Shown one piece after another: positions 49,578 through 59,361 of a stretch of DNA of 64,000 nucleotides; the first letter of the stretch is position 1; every line of letters begins with the position of its first letter. The stretch is from Candidatus Caenarcanales bacterium (lineage in GTDB: Bacteria > Cyanobacteriota > Vampirovibrionia > LMEP-6097), in the NCBI GenBank assembly GCA_022447685.1, contig JAKVAO010000001.1, positions 22,939-86,938 on the forward strand, in the 5' to 3' direction. The notes below the pieces were generated by a model. That model worked only from the letters and a program-made list of their open reading frames with translations, searched no databases and had not been told where the DNA came from. The position numbers and the translations under genes were made by a program.

Positions 49578-52280
49578 TTACAGATCGTCGAAATTATCGA
49601 CGTTTATAATACTACCAGTATCTGGCTCAATAATGGTAAGATAAATCCACTGATTTCTGAATAAGGTAAGTAAGTTAAGGTTTCTTTTAAGAATATTTTC
49701 TACTCTCTCATATGGAGCGTGAATTACGACCCTCAATCTAAGTGGTTTGTGAAATAACTCCTCATCACTTTTGAACACTGATTGTAAACTAAGTCCAGTG
49801 AATAGATCACTCATGTTTCCTTGAAGTACACCTAGGTCACCAACTATATTATGGGTGATTTTGCTGCCACTTCCGAAGTTTTTGATATCCATAGAAGAGA
49901 AGTAGTATTGGTTGTTAATCCACTGTGTGACTACCATTGGACCTCCCATGATAGTTTCAAGTAAAGTTCCATCTGGATCAGACTCTTGTCTGTAGGAGTG
50001 CATGAACACTCTATTAGAAAGATTATTACCTTTGGTAAGTTCTCTTGGTCCAATGACGAAAGCCATATTCCCAGCAAGCCCCCACTCAGGTCTTGTCTCT
50101 GACCAGTCTATAGATTTAGCTAGAATTGCTGCATCATCGATATCAAAACTTTCATCACTATTTCTTGAGACTCTATTTAGCTTTGCTGCTATTTTTAAGT
50201 TTGCTTTTAGTTCTTTTAACTTCTCGATTTTTTCTGGATGGGTGATTTCAATATCGTAGATTTCAATTTCGTCAGTGGTTGTATTGTGCTCCGCACCAAG
50301 GAAAACAGTAGTGTCTGGAATCTTGATACCATTATCTGCTATTGTTCTTCTGATTTCTGGAGTGTTGAGTACTTTTGCAAGAGTCTTAGCGTTAGAGCCA
50401 CCATGCTGTCCAGCACAAGCTCCGCAGTCTAATGCTGATGCGTATGGATTATTTTCTGTTTGGCTACCGTGTCCAGTGAAGAGTACAAATTCACTAAAAT
50501 TATCAGTAAGTCCCATTAGTCTTAAAGCAGTTTCTGCAAAGAAAGCTTGTTCCTTTCTAGATAGACCATGCTCGTTGGTTGGGCTCAAGTCTATATTAGG
50601 TTCGAAGTGTACTTTTGTTTTCTCTTTAGGGAAAAGCTTTTCTATACCTAGTTTTAATTTTAGAGTTATAGTTTTTAATAGCATGAGAGCTAAATAAATT
50701 AAACCTGAAGCTTCAGCAAATATGAAAGCCGCTGCTATATTGTTTTTCTGTGCTTTATAAGATTTATAGACTAATTCGGAGATGCGCTGGTTAATCTGAA
50801 AATCCATGAAATCTTCAGCACTTTTCGGGTGAACATGCTCTTCTACAACGTGCTTTGGACTTATTAGTACTGGGCATGCTGCTTGAGGATTGGTATCTTT
50901 GTGAGTTTTGTAACTGATTGGTAAACCAAAGAAACCAGCAAAGCCAAGTGTCTCAACGTTGGCAACGCTTTCTATAGATCTTCTAATACCTTCAGATCTG
51001 ACATCTATGCAGAATATCATCTGTGCTGTCGAACGCTTATTTTGAGCAGAGATACTACTCATTAATTCTTGGTTAACAGAGATCTGCTCAAGTAGTATAG
51101 AGTGTTCTGTAAGTTCCCAGCTCATTTGCATAATGTAACTTGCTCTGAGAGAGAATTCTTTGATCACTTCTCTGATTTTATTAAGTTCAGTATCACGAAG
51201 CATTTCTGGATCAACGTCATTGTTTAAATTACTTTTTTTAATTAGAGTAATTAGATTCTTATCACTGTATTTAATTTCATCAGGGATTATTTGTTGATTA
51301 TATTTCTCTAATTCTGAGTTCTGTTCCTGTAAAAGCTTTTTGAGAATTTGTTCTTCGAATTCTTCAAAATCATTTAAGCCATCTTTGTCTTTGAAATTTA
51401 AATAATCAAATAGATATATAATCTCAACTATCAGCCTTACTGCAAGGAAATCAGTTGTTTTGATTTTGTATTTGAAATCTTTGTTGTGACTATTCAGCTC
51501 TCTCCACTTGATAAAGCTTGACCAGCCACTTTGGCAACATAGATTCGATTTCAGGTATTCATCCCAGTCACTTTCTTTTAGACCCAAGGTCTCAAGTGCT
51601 ACTACTACTGTCTTCTCTGAGGAATCTGGCAGCATTTTGATCCAGGATTTGATTTTTCTATTCTTGCTAAGTTTGTCATCGAAAGGAGCTAGCTTTTTCC
51701 AGCAAGTATAAAAACCTTGATCTCTATTTGGTAATTCCCATGTAGCTTGACTTTCATCGAAGTAAGCTGCGCAGAGATAGTTCATGTAATTATTAACTTT
51801 ATCTAGGGTGCGCCCGTTGTTTATATGCTGAGAATATGGATAAGTTTTCTCTGGCTTTTGACGAAATTCTTCTATAACTCTTTGCTCAAGAAGTTTTAGT
51901 AGTAGAGGTGAGGTTTTTAAGGACTTGCCATTATCAAGTTCAATGTCATTGAAGTGTTTATCAATAGTCTTTAAAAGTAACTCACGGTTTATCTCATTGT
52001 TATCGAGTAAGTCATAGTATTTTTTGATGGGAAAGAAAGATTCTGCATCGAAATATTTAGCTGCATCTTTAGTTGCATCAAAGAAGTGCTGGTCTTCAAA
52101 CCCTTTCAATGGATTAATTGCAATGAAACTTTTTAGTGACCAATTGGTATTCACGACTTCGAAGGCATTCGCTACAAGAGCTGTGATCATATTTGTGGTA
52201 AGTTTTTTATCATCAAAACTCTTGTGAACATTGTTGAGAGTTGAAGTTAATGCCTCTTGGTCTTTTAAACTGGTAATCAT
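49578..52280 (-). CDS. dabA: inorganic carbon pump subunit DabA/MpsB (DUF2309)
   Basis: FIAINPL, FCIDVRSE, GFAGFFG, GHGS..ENNPY.SALDCGAC.G, HNTTTD, DWSETRPEWGL, FMHSY. Confidence 0.95.
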   Translation of the reverse strand: MITSLKDQEALTSTLNNVHKSFDDKKLTTNMITALVANAFEVVNTNWSLKSFIAINPLKGFEDQHFFDATKDAAKYFDAESFFPIKKYYDLLDNNEINRELLLKTIDKHFNDIELDNGKSLKTSPLLLKLLEQRVIEEFRQKPEKTYPYSQHINNGRTLDKVNNYMNYLCAAYFDESQATWELPNRDQGFYTCWKKLAPFDDKLSKNRKIKSWIKMLPDSSEKTVVVALETLGLKESDWDEYLKSNLCCQSGWSSFIKWRELNSHNKDFKYKIKTTDFLAVRLIVEIIYLFDYLNFKDKDGLNDFEEFEEQILKKLLQEQNSELEKYNQQIIPDEIKYSDKNLITLIKKSNLNNDVDPEMLRDTELNKIREVIKEFSLRASYIMQMSWELTEHSILLEQISVNQELMSSISAQNKRSTAQMIFCIDVRSEGIRRSIESVANVETLGFAGFFGLPISYKTHKDTNPQAACPVLISPKHVVEEHVHPKSAEDFMDFQINQRISELVYKSYKAQKNNIAAAFIFAEASGLIYLALMLLKTITLKLKLGIEKLFPKEKTKVHFEPNIDLSPTNEHGLSRKEQAFFAETALRLMGLTDNFSEFVLFTGHGSQTENNPYASALDCGACAGQHGGSNAKTLAKVLNTPEIRRTIADNGIKIPDTTVFLGAEHNTTTDEIEIYDIEITHPEKIEKLKELKANLKIAAKLNRVSRNSDESFDIDDAAILAKSIDWSETRPEWGLAGNMAFVIGPRELTKGNNLSNRVFMHSYRQESDPDGTLLETIMGGPMVVTQWINNQYYFSSMDIKNFGSGSKITHNIVGDLGVLQGNMSDLFTGLSLQSVFKSDEELFHKPLRLRVVIHAPYERVENILKRNLNLLTLFRNQWIYLTIIEPDTGSIINVDNFDDL

Positions 52281-52324
52281 GGTTAAATCCTTTATTTTGA
52301 GTTGCGATTAATCTGTATTTGTTT

Positions 52325-53668
52325 TTAATTCGCGTATTCACCTCTAACACTAGTATTGGTAACTTCTTTACTCATTGAGGTGTTTTTGAGAAAAGCGTAT
52401 ATTCTCAAATGTAATTCCTCTGGAAGAGCATAGAGTATATCTTCTTTATAGTTCATTGCTAACCAAAGTAGGACAAATGGACTGAGCAGAAGCCAGTGCG
52501 GTAGATGAATTGCATAAGTATGCATGTGAACGCTACTAACTAAGACTAATTCGAAAAAGTGTATGAATGCTCCATAGAGTATTGCAGCTGAGACCGAGAC
52601 AAAGAATGCAAAGAATGGAACTAGGAAGTTTTTACTACTGGTAAGTATGCTCAGGCTAAGTTGTGTTAATGCCATAAATATAAATGCAAATAAAATAATG
52701 GAACTGTCGTAGAAATTAATTGGAATATGCGCAGCTACAGAAAAAAGATTGATGGAAACATATGAAAACCCCATGGCAATTACTAGTAATAATGTTTTCT
52801 GAGCAACGGTTAACCTAAGTTTTTCTGGACGCTTGATTTGAATACCTGAGCCAGCGGCAAGGAAGTGAAAGGCTTTGAATAAGCCGTGCATGATTAAATG
52901 GCTTATTGCAGCTGGGAAAAGACCAAGTCCAATTTGGAGCACCATGAAACTCATTTGAGAAACAGTGGAGCACACTAAAGTAGCTTTTACTGTATTCTTC
53001 GTGAAAGCCCAAAGCATTGCAACGAAAGCGCTAAAGGCACCAATGAAGCTTAAGATGCTTAGAAATATAGGTTGTTCTAGCAGCATAGGGCTAAGTTTTA
53101 CTAAGAGAAAGCCACCACCGTTAACTATCCCTGCGTGCATTAGAGCTGAGATTGGTGTTGGCGAATTCATAGATGAAATCAACCAACCATGGAAAGGTAG
53201 CAGAGCTGACTGTGTGAGTGCAGTTATGCAAACTAGGCTTAAAGAAATGATTTGATAATTACCAGGAATGTCTCCAAAGCTTTGGTTGAGCTTGGTGATG
53301 CTGAGTTCACCAGTGTAGATATAAGTGATAATGCTAAAACCAAGTAAACAAGCTATACCTATACCAAAGTTTCGTGCTGCAACTATCCCAGATTCGAAAG
53401 CTGCTTTCCATTTATCTTTGTGGATCATGAGTAGCACCAAAAGGACATTCGTTAATGCGTAGAAAAAACAAAAAGCAATCAAATTATCTGTATTCACTAG
53501 TAAGCAAGCTGAAACTATAAGTGCAAAGAGTCTTACAAAGTATGTTTTGTATAAAGAATCTCCACTGATATAGTTCTTCGAAAACTGGGTGATTATAAAT
53601 CCAACAAATAAAACTAATATAGTTAGACTTAAGCCAAGTGAATTGATCTGAAATATTGAATTGAGCAT
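52325..53668 (-). CDS. dabB: NuoL/ND5-like membrane subunit DabB/MpsA
   Basis: QSALLPFHGWL..SM.SPTPISALMHAGIVNGGG, STVSQM.FM, HLIMHGLFKAFHFL; adjacent to DUF2309. Confidence 0.92.
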   Translation of the reverse strand: MLNSIFQINSLGLSLTILVLFVGFIITQFSKNYISGDSLYKTYFVRLFALIVSACLLVNTDNLIAFCFFYALTNVLLVLLMIHKDKWKAAFESGIVAARNFGIGIACLLGFSIITYIYTGELSITKLNQSFGDIPGNYQIISLSLVCITALTQSALLPFHGWLISSMNSPTPISALMHAGIVNGGGFLLVKLSPMLLEQPIFLSILSFIGAFSAFVAMLWAFTKNTVKATLVCSTVSQMSFMVLQIGLGLFPAAISHLIMHGLFKAFHFLAAGSGIQIKRPEKLRLTVAQKTLLLVIAMGFSYVSINLFSVAAHIPINFYDSSIILFAFIFMALTQLSLSILTSSKNFLVPFFAFFVSVSAAILYGAFIHFFELVLVSSVHMHTYAIHLPHWLLLSPFVLLWLAMNYKEDILYALPEELHLRIYAFLKNTSMSKEVTNTSVRGEYAN

Positions 53669-53884
53669 TAATTTCTTCCTTCGAGAAAGTTCGTGGTAAC
53701 TATAAGCAATATGCCCTGCAGTTATGATACTTATCTATAATAATAGTTAATCATAGCTCATAAGTAAAGCTTTGATTTGGGCGGCAGGATTATAAGCTTA
53801 GCTAATCTCCGTGCTAGGATTAATCCGTGGGCTTGTGAAGTGATTGCTCTGCATCAAATTCAAAGCATCGAGTTTCTAATAATT

Positions 53885-54739
53885 ATGTCTAATCTTGAAA
53901 TTGGTAATCTAAAATGTTTTATAGCTGTAGCTGAAGAAGGAAGCTTCACTAAGGCTGCAAATAAAATTAATATTACTCAGTCGGCTCTGTCGCAACAGGT
54001 ATCACGTTTAGAGAAAAACTTGAAAGTGCAATTATTAAATAGAAGTAAAAATAATACTCTGACTGATTCGGGTGAACAGTTACTTCGCTATGCAAAGCAG
54101 ATAGTTAAACTTGAACAAGAAGCCCTGGATTATTTTCTTGAACCTGAGCTGGAGGGGGAGCTATCCTTTGGTTTACCGGAGGATTTTGCGACTTTGTTTC
54201 TGCAAGATATTCTTGCTGATTTTATATTTCATCATCCTCGTATCTCAGTGAAGGTAGAATGTGATTTAACTCTGAATTTACTTGCAGGGTTTAAGAAGAA
54301 TAAATTTGATCTAGTCTTGGTTAAACTTGATGATTTATCTGATTTCCCGAATGGGGTTGAAATTCGTTCAGAGAAATTAGTTTGGGTAGCAGCTAAGGAT
54401 TTTCAGCAGGCTTCCTCTGGAGCATTACCTTTGGTTCTTTCACCTAAACCTTGTGTCTACAGAGCAAGGGCCCTTAAGGCTCTCAATGAAAAAAATATTA
54501 AATCTAAAATCGTATACTCTAGCCAAAGTTATATTGGTTCAAATGCAGCTGTTAAAGCTGGGCTTGGAATTACAGTACTTCCCAAAAATATGATCCCAGA
54601 AGGTTTATACGAGTTTAAATCAAGTAAATTACCAGCACTTGAAGATACACATATAGCTTTACTTACTAATGGTTCCAATTCTAAAGCTCTGCAATCATTT
54701 GCAAACTATGTATCAGAAAAGCTGCATAGCCTTATCTAG
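53885..54739 (+). CDS. LysR family transcriptional regulator
   Basis: FIAVAEEGSFTKAA...TQSALSQQVSRLE; divergent from dabB; ATG 53885 preferred over 53777. Confidence 0.95.
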   Translation: MSNLEIGNLKCFIAVAEEGSFTKAANKINITQSALSQQVSRLEKNLKVQLLNRSKNNTLTDSGEQLLRYAKQIVKLEQEALDYFLEPELEGELSFGLPEDFATLFLQDILADFIFHHPRISVKVECDLTLNLLAGFKKNKFDLVLVKLDDLSDFPNGVEIRSEKLVWVAAKDFQQASSGALPLVLSPKPCVYRARALKALNEKNIKSKIVYSSQSYIGSNAAVKAGLGITVLPKNMIPEGLYEFKSSKLPALEDTHIALLTNGSNSKALQSFANYVSEKLHSLI

Positions 54740-55079
54740 GAGTAACTGCTTCCTCGTCCTCTTCTCCAGTTCTTATTCTGTAAACTTTCTCAATTGGACT
54801 TACAAATATCTTACCGTCACCAACTTCTCCAGTTTTAGCTGATTTTAAAATACTTTGAATGGTTCTTTCTTCGAAGTGATCAGAAACTCCAATTTCAATT
54901 TTGATTTTTTCAGTTAAGCCAATCTTTACAGTTGTACCTCTATAGGTCTCGATCTTTTCGGCTTCACCACCGTGTCCTATGACTTTAGATACTGTTAAAC
55001 CTTGAACTTCAACATCAAATAATGCTTCTAAAACATCATTCAATTTTTCTTTTCTGATAATTGCAGTAATTAATTTCAT
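54732..55079 (-). CDS. glnB: nitrogen regulatory protein P-II (GlnB/GlnK)
   Basis: MKLITAIIR, YRG, TGEVGDGKIFV...RIRTGE. Confidence 0.93.
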   Translation of the reverse strand: MKLITAIIRKEKLNDVLEALFDVEVQGLTVSKVIGHGGEAEKIETYRGTTVKIGLTEKIKIEIGVSDHFEERTIQSILKSAKTGEVGDGKIFVSPIEKVYRIRTGEEDEEAVTPR

Positions 55080-56359
55080 AAATTTTGCTCCGCCAAGTTT
55101 TTCACAGCCAGGCTATCTCTTTCTAGAATCAAGAGAGCGCCTTCGCCTTCAGTATAAGCTTCCTCGCCATGCATAGCGATATCAAGTCCTTGTTTTTCAG
55201 CGTTTTCCTCAACTCTAAATGGAATAACAAGATTAATGAGGCTCGCTATTATATATGTCATAACAGCGCTGTAGCCAATGGCAATTATGACAGCTATAGC
55301 TTGTACTAGGACTTGCAGGTAACTACCATCTACTTCAGATCCCCATGCTTTACTAATGAACAGGCCTGTAAGTAATGATCCGACTATACCACCTAAGCCA
55401 TGAGCACCAAAAACATCTAATGAATCATCAAAGGCTGTTCTAGAACGCCACATGATAATGAAATAACAAGGAAATGTACTCAAGGCTCCAATCAATATTG
55501 CAGAGAGAGGTGACATAAGTCCAGCTCCAGGAGTGATAGCTACTAAACCAACAATGATTGATGTCGCGAGTCCAACAGCGGTAACTCTTTTGGTGTAAAG
55601 GCAGTCAAGTAATGACCAGCAAATAATTGCAGCGGCTGGTGCAAGTAGAGTGTTAGCCATCGCTAGTGCAGCTTCTGCATTCGCTGCATAAGCACTACCA
55701 CCATTAAATCCAAACCAGCCAAACCAGAGTATTCCAGCTCCAAGTAATGTAAATGGCACTTGGTGAGGGAGCATAGCAAGTTTACCGATATCTTTTCTTT
55801 TACCTATGAATAATGATAAAACGACTGCACTAATAGCAGCGTTGATATGAACAACTGTTCCACCAGCGAAGTCAATAGCCTGTCCCAGCCAAAGATGCTC
55901 AAATAGTCCGCCGCCCCAGACCCATTTTGCCATAGGCGCGTATACAAGTATGCTCCAAATGAAAATGAAAAGCATATAGGCTCTAAAATGAATACGTTCA
56001 ACAACTGCACCACTAATTAAAGCAGTTGTGATTATGGCAAAGGTTCCTTGAAACAAAAAATCAAGAATTCTTGGTATACCGCCATCTTCTGTCGCTTCGA
56101 GTCCAACTCCATTCATGAAAGCAAAATCCAGACCACCTATAAACAGATTGCCATCTGAGTAAGCAAGGCTGTAGCCGATTAATGCCCAGGTGATACTTAC
56201 TATTCCCATGGGGATGAAGCTCATCATCATAGTGTTTAAAGCGTTTTTCTTTCTGACTAAGCCTGCGTAGAAAAAGGCTAGACCTACAATCATAAAAAAT
56301 ACAAATGAGCTTGAAACTAGTAGCCAGCAAGTATCGACAGAATTAATGGAAGGAGACAT
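55076..56359 (-). CDS. amt: ammonium transporter
   Basis: GLAFFYAGLVR.KN, DFAGGTVVH, LWFGWFGFNGGS, DDSLDVFGAHG; ATG 56359 preferred. Confidence 0.96.
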   Translation of the reverse strand: MSPSINSVDTCWLLVSSSFVFFMIVGLAFFYAGLVRKKNALNTMMMSFIPMGIVSITWALIGYSLAYSDGNLFIGGLDFAFMNGVGLEATEDGGIPRILDFLFQGTFAIITTALISGAVVERIHFRAYMLFIFIWSILVYAPMAKWVWGGGLFEHLWLGQAIDFAGGTVVHINAAISAVVLSLFIGKRKDIGKLAMLPHQVPFTLLGAGILWFGWFGFNGGSAYAANAEAALAMANTLLAPAAAIICWSLLDCLYTKRVTAVGLATSIIVGLVAITPGAGLMSPLSAILIGALSTFPCYFIIMWRSRTAFDDSLDVFGAHGLGGIVGSLLTGLFISKAWGSEVDGSYLQVLVQAIAVIIAIGYSAVMTYIIASLINLVIPFRVEENAEKQGLDIAMHGEEAYTEGEGALLILERDSLAVKNLAEQNL

Positions 56360-56400
56360 ATATAGAGTGAAGTTTTTTAAATTTCTTTTAACTCTAGCAT

Positions 56401-57891
56401 TTAGGTACCGCAAAAAGTTTGATAATTTTCTTCTTTGCTTTCTGGAGGCAGGCTGTAGTCAATATAATTGTTTTGTTTTTCGTAGGGCTTAGATAATATA
56501 GAGATTAATTTTTCAAACTCACTGAAATCATTTTCTCTGCGAGCGTGTTCTATTGCTTTCTCGACATTATGATTTCTAGCTATAAACAAAGGGTTTACCT
56601 TAGACATTGATTGGCTAATAGCTTCTGCTTGGTTAAGGTCAAGCTCTGAAGACCAGTTCTGTAACCAGTTCTGGGCTTGCTCGTCATTTTCAAATAAATC
56701 ACAGAATTTTTTCTTGGATTTAGCTTCTTCAAGTTTTGGGTTCTGTGCAAGCTCCTCACATATATCAGATAGATATCTAAAACTCAAAGTGAAATCTGCT
56801 CTTTCCATTTCCATTAGCTCGAATAACTGCAGCAAGAGTTTTCTATTTTCATCGCTATCTTCTTTAAGACCAAGTTTCTCTAGTATTCCTGTTCTTAAGC
56901 TTTTTGCAAATTTATCTTGGAAAAATTCTATAGCTTCCATGACTAAGTTTTTAGCTGTATTCTCGTCTGGGGCAAGTAAATTTAGTAAGGTACTTGCAAA
57001 GCAATTGATGTTCCACTTGGCTATATGTCCTTGGTTTGCATAGGCATATCTACCATAGTGGTCTATAGAGCTAAATACAGTTGCGGGATTATAGAAATTC
57101 ATGAATGCACAAGGTCCGAAATCAATACTTTCACCGGAGATACTCATGTTGTCGGTGTTCATAACTCCATGAATAAATCCAAAATTCATCCACTTACTTA
57201 CTAGTGAAGCCTGTTTCTCGGCGACGGCTTTGATCAAATTGAAATATTTATTTTCATCTTTCTCTATCTCTAGGTAATGTCTATCGATAACATAATCAGT
57301 AAGGGTTTTGAGTGATTCGTTATCACCTCTTGCTACGAAGTATTCAAAGGTTCCAACTCTAATATGGCTAGAAGCAACTCTACATAAGATTGCTCCATCT
57401 AGTGGTCTCTCACGGTAAACTTTTTCTCCAGTCTTCACTATTGAAAGTGATCTGGTGCTAGGAATCCCTAGATGGTGTAGAGCTTCACTGATTATATATT
57501 CTCTAAGCATTGGTCCTATAGCTGCCCTGCCGTCTCCTGCTCTAGAGAATCTGGTTTGACCTGAGCCCTTGAGTTGCATATCTCTTCTAGCACCTGATTT
57601 GTCTATGAACTCACCTAATAACACGGCTCTGCCATCACCTAATTGAGGTACAAAGTGTCCAAATTGATGACCGGCGTAGGCTTGAGCTATAGGTTCAGAG
57701 CTTGCAAGAATTTTGTTACCAGCCAGTATTTCTACTGCTTCCTTCGATTTGAAAAATTTTTTATCTAAACCAAGCTCGTCTATGAGATCATAGTTGATCT
57801 TGACTAGCTCTGCTTTCTTCACTGGTTCAGGGTTAATCTTTTCAAAAAAAGCTTCAGGTAATTTGGCGTAAGTATTTTCAAGGCTTAGCAT
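56401..57891 (-). CDS. selO: protein adenylyltransferase SelO/YdiU
   Basis: YAGHQFG, LGDGRA, QLKGSG.T, REY..SE, HGVMNTDN, C-terminal TFCGT. Confidence 0.96.
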   Translation of the reverse strand: MLSLENTYAKLPEAFFEKINPEPVKKAELVKINYDLIDELGLDKKFFKSKEAVEILAGNKILASSEPIAQAYAGHQFGHFVPQLGDGRAVLLGEFIDKSGARRDMQLKGSGQTRFSRAGDGRAAIGPMLREYIISEALHHLGIPSTRSLSIVKTGEKVYRERPLDGAILCRVASSHIRVGTFEYFVARGDNESLKTLTDYVIDRHYLEIEKDENKYFNLIKAVAEKQASLVSKWMNFGFIHGVMNTDNMSISGESIDFGPCAFMNFYNPATVFSSIDHYGRYAYANQGHIAKWNINCFASTLLNLLAPDENTAKNLVMEAIEFFQDKFAKSLRTGILEKLGLKEDSDENRKLLLQLFELMEMERADFTLSFRYLSDICEELAQNPKLEEAKSKKKFCDLFENDEQAQNWLQNWSSELDLNQAEAISQSMSKVNPLFIARNHNVEKAIEHARRENDFSEFEKLISILSKPYEKQNNYIDYSLPPESKEENYQTFCGT

Positions 57892-57944
57892 TGCATATCT
57901 AAATATAAATTAAATTAGTTCTTTATTGCTACAATTTATGCTAT

Positions 57945-59231
57945 ATGGCAAATTTTGATTTAAATAATGAACTAAAAGATTCAGACAAAGAAGTATATGA
58001 CTTAATCGCTAAAGAAGCTAATAGGCAGTCTGAGAATATTGAATTAATTGCAAGTGAAAATTTCACGAGTAGAGCTGTAATGGAAGTTATGGGCTCTTGC
58101 CTTACTAATAAGTACGCTGAAGGTTATCCAGGAAAGAGATACTACAACGGTTGTGAATTCCACGACGAATTAGAGACTTTAGCTATAGAGAGAGCGAAGA
58201 AACTTTTTGGCGCTAAGTTCGCTAATGTTCAGCCGCATTCTGGAGCTAATGCTAATATCGCTGCTTTTATGGCAATGATGCAGCCAGGTGACGCTTTTCT
58301 TGGTATGAGCCTTAAAGAAGGTGGACATCTTACTCACGGTTCTCCAGTTAATTTCTCAGGTAAGTTCTATAAAGTCTATGAATATGGTGTTAACGATGAA
58401 GGTTTACTTGATTATGATGAGATAGCTCGTATTGCTCAAGAATCTAAGCCTAAAGTTCTTATAGCGGGAGCCTCTGCTTACCCTAGAACTATTGATTTCG
58501 CTAAATTTAGAGAGATTGCTGACAGTGTCGGTGCGTTCTTGATGGTTGATATGGCACATATTGCAGGTTTAGTAGCTGCTGGCGTTCATCCAAGCCCAGT
58601 TCCTTTCGCTGATGTTGTTACTACTACTACTCATAAGACCCTAGCTGGCCCTAGAGGTGGTCTTATTCTTACTAATAACGAAGATTTAGCTAAGAAGCTT
58701 AATTCAGCTGTTTTTCCTGGTTCTCAAGGTGGTCCTTTGATGCATACTATTGCTGCTAAAGCTGTGTGTTTTGCTGAGGCTATGACTGATGATTTCAAAG
58801 CTTATCAGGAGCAGGTTGTTAAGAATACTAAGGCTCTTGCTGAATCACTTAGGAATGGTGGGATTGATCTTGTTAGTAATGGCAGTGATAACCATTTGGT
58901 CTTACTTGATTTAATCAAAGATAATATTACAGGTAAAGACTTAGCTAATCTTCTAGATGAGTACAAGATAACTGTTAACAAAAATGGGGTTCCTAAAGAT
59001 CCTCAAAGCCCTTTTGTTACTAGTGGAATCAGAATTGGCACACCTGCAATGACAAGAAGAGGTTTTAAAGAGAAAGAATTTGAAATTCTGGGGAATATTA
59101 TATCCAGGTTCATAAAGTCTATGGCAGCAAATGAGTTAGCGCTTGATGAAGATACTGAAAACTTTGTTAAGTCTGAAGTTGAAAGTCTAACTAAGTCTCT
59201 TGAATACTACAAAGAGCCTGTATATTCATAA
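57945..59231 (+). CDS. glyA: serine hydroxymethyltransferase
   Basis: [38 protein letters not shown]. Confidence 0.99.
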   Translation: MANFDLNNELKDSDKEVYDLIAKEANRQSENIELIASENFTSRAVMEVMGSCLTNKYAEGYPGKRYYNGCEFHDELETLAIERAKKLFGAKFANVQPHSGANANIAAFMAMMQPGDAFLGMSLKEGGHLTHGSPVNFSGKFYKVYEYGVNDEGLLDYDEIARIAQESKPKVLIAGASAYPRTIDFAKFREIADSVGAFLMVDMAHIAGLVAAGVHPSPVPFADVVTTTTHKTLAGPRGGLILTNNEDLAKKLNSAVFPGSQGGPLMHTIAAKAVCFAEAMTDDFKAYQEQVVKNTKALAESLRNGGIDLVSNGSDNHLVLLDLIKDNITGKDLANLLDEYKITVNKNGVPKDPQSPFVTSGIRIGTPAMTRRGFKEKEFEILGNIISRFIKSMAANELALDEDTENFVKSEVESLTKSLEYYKEPVYS

Positions 59232-59361
59232 ATCTTTAGTAAAAACTATGTTTTTATTGATTTTCAGCACTTAAAGACCTAAATAGTCTTTGCTAATTTG
59301 AAGATATGGGCTATTATGGTAAAACAAGCTAGTAAGACTTTAGGTTGAGGAAGAAATAACT

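Noticed and set aside
53720..53775. LysR T-N11-A boxes upstream of dabB
   Set aside because: Several matches exist, but the motif is too degenerate in AT-rich DNA to assign
53777..53884. LysR N-terminal extension or possible structured leader
   Set aside because: HTH starts after Met at 53885; only short palindromes (GGATTAATCC) and no convincing riboswitch
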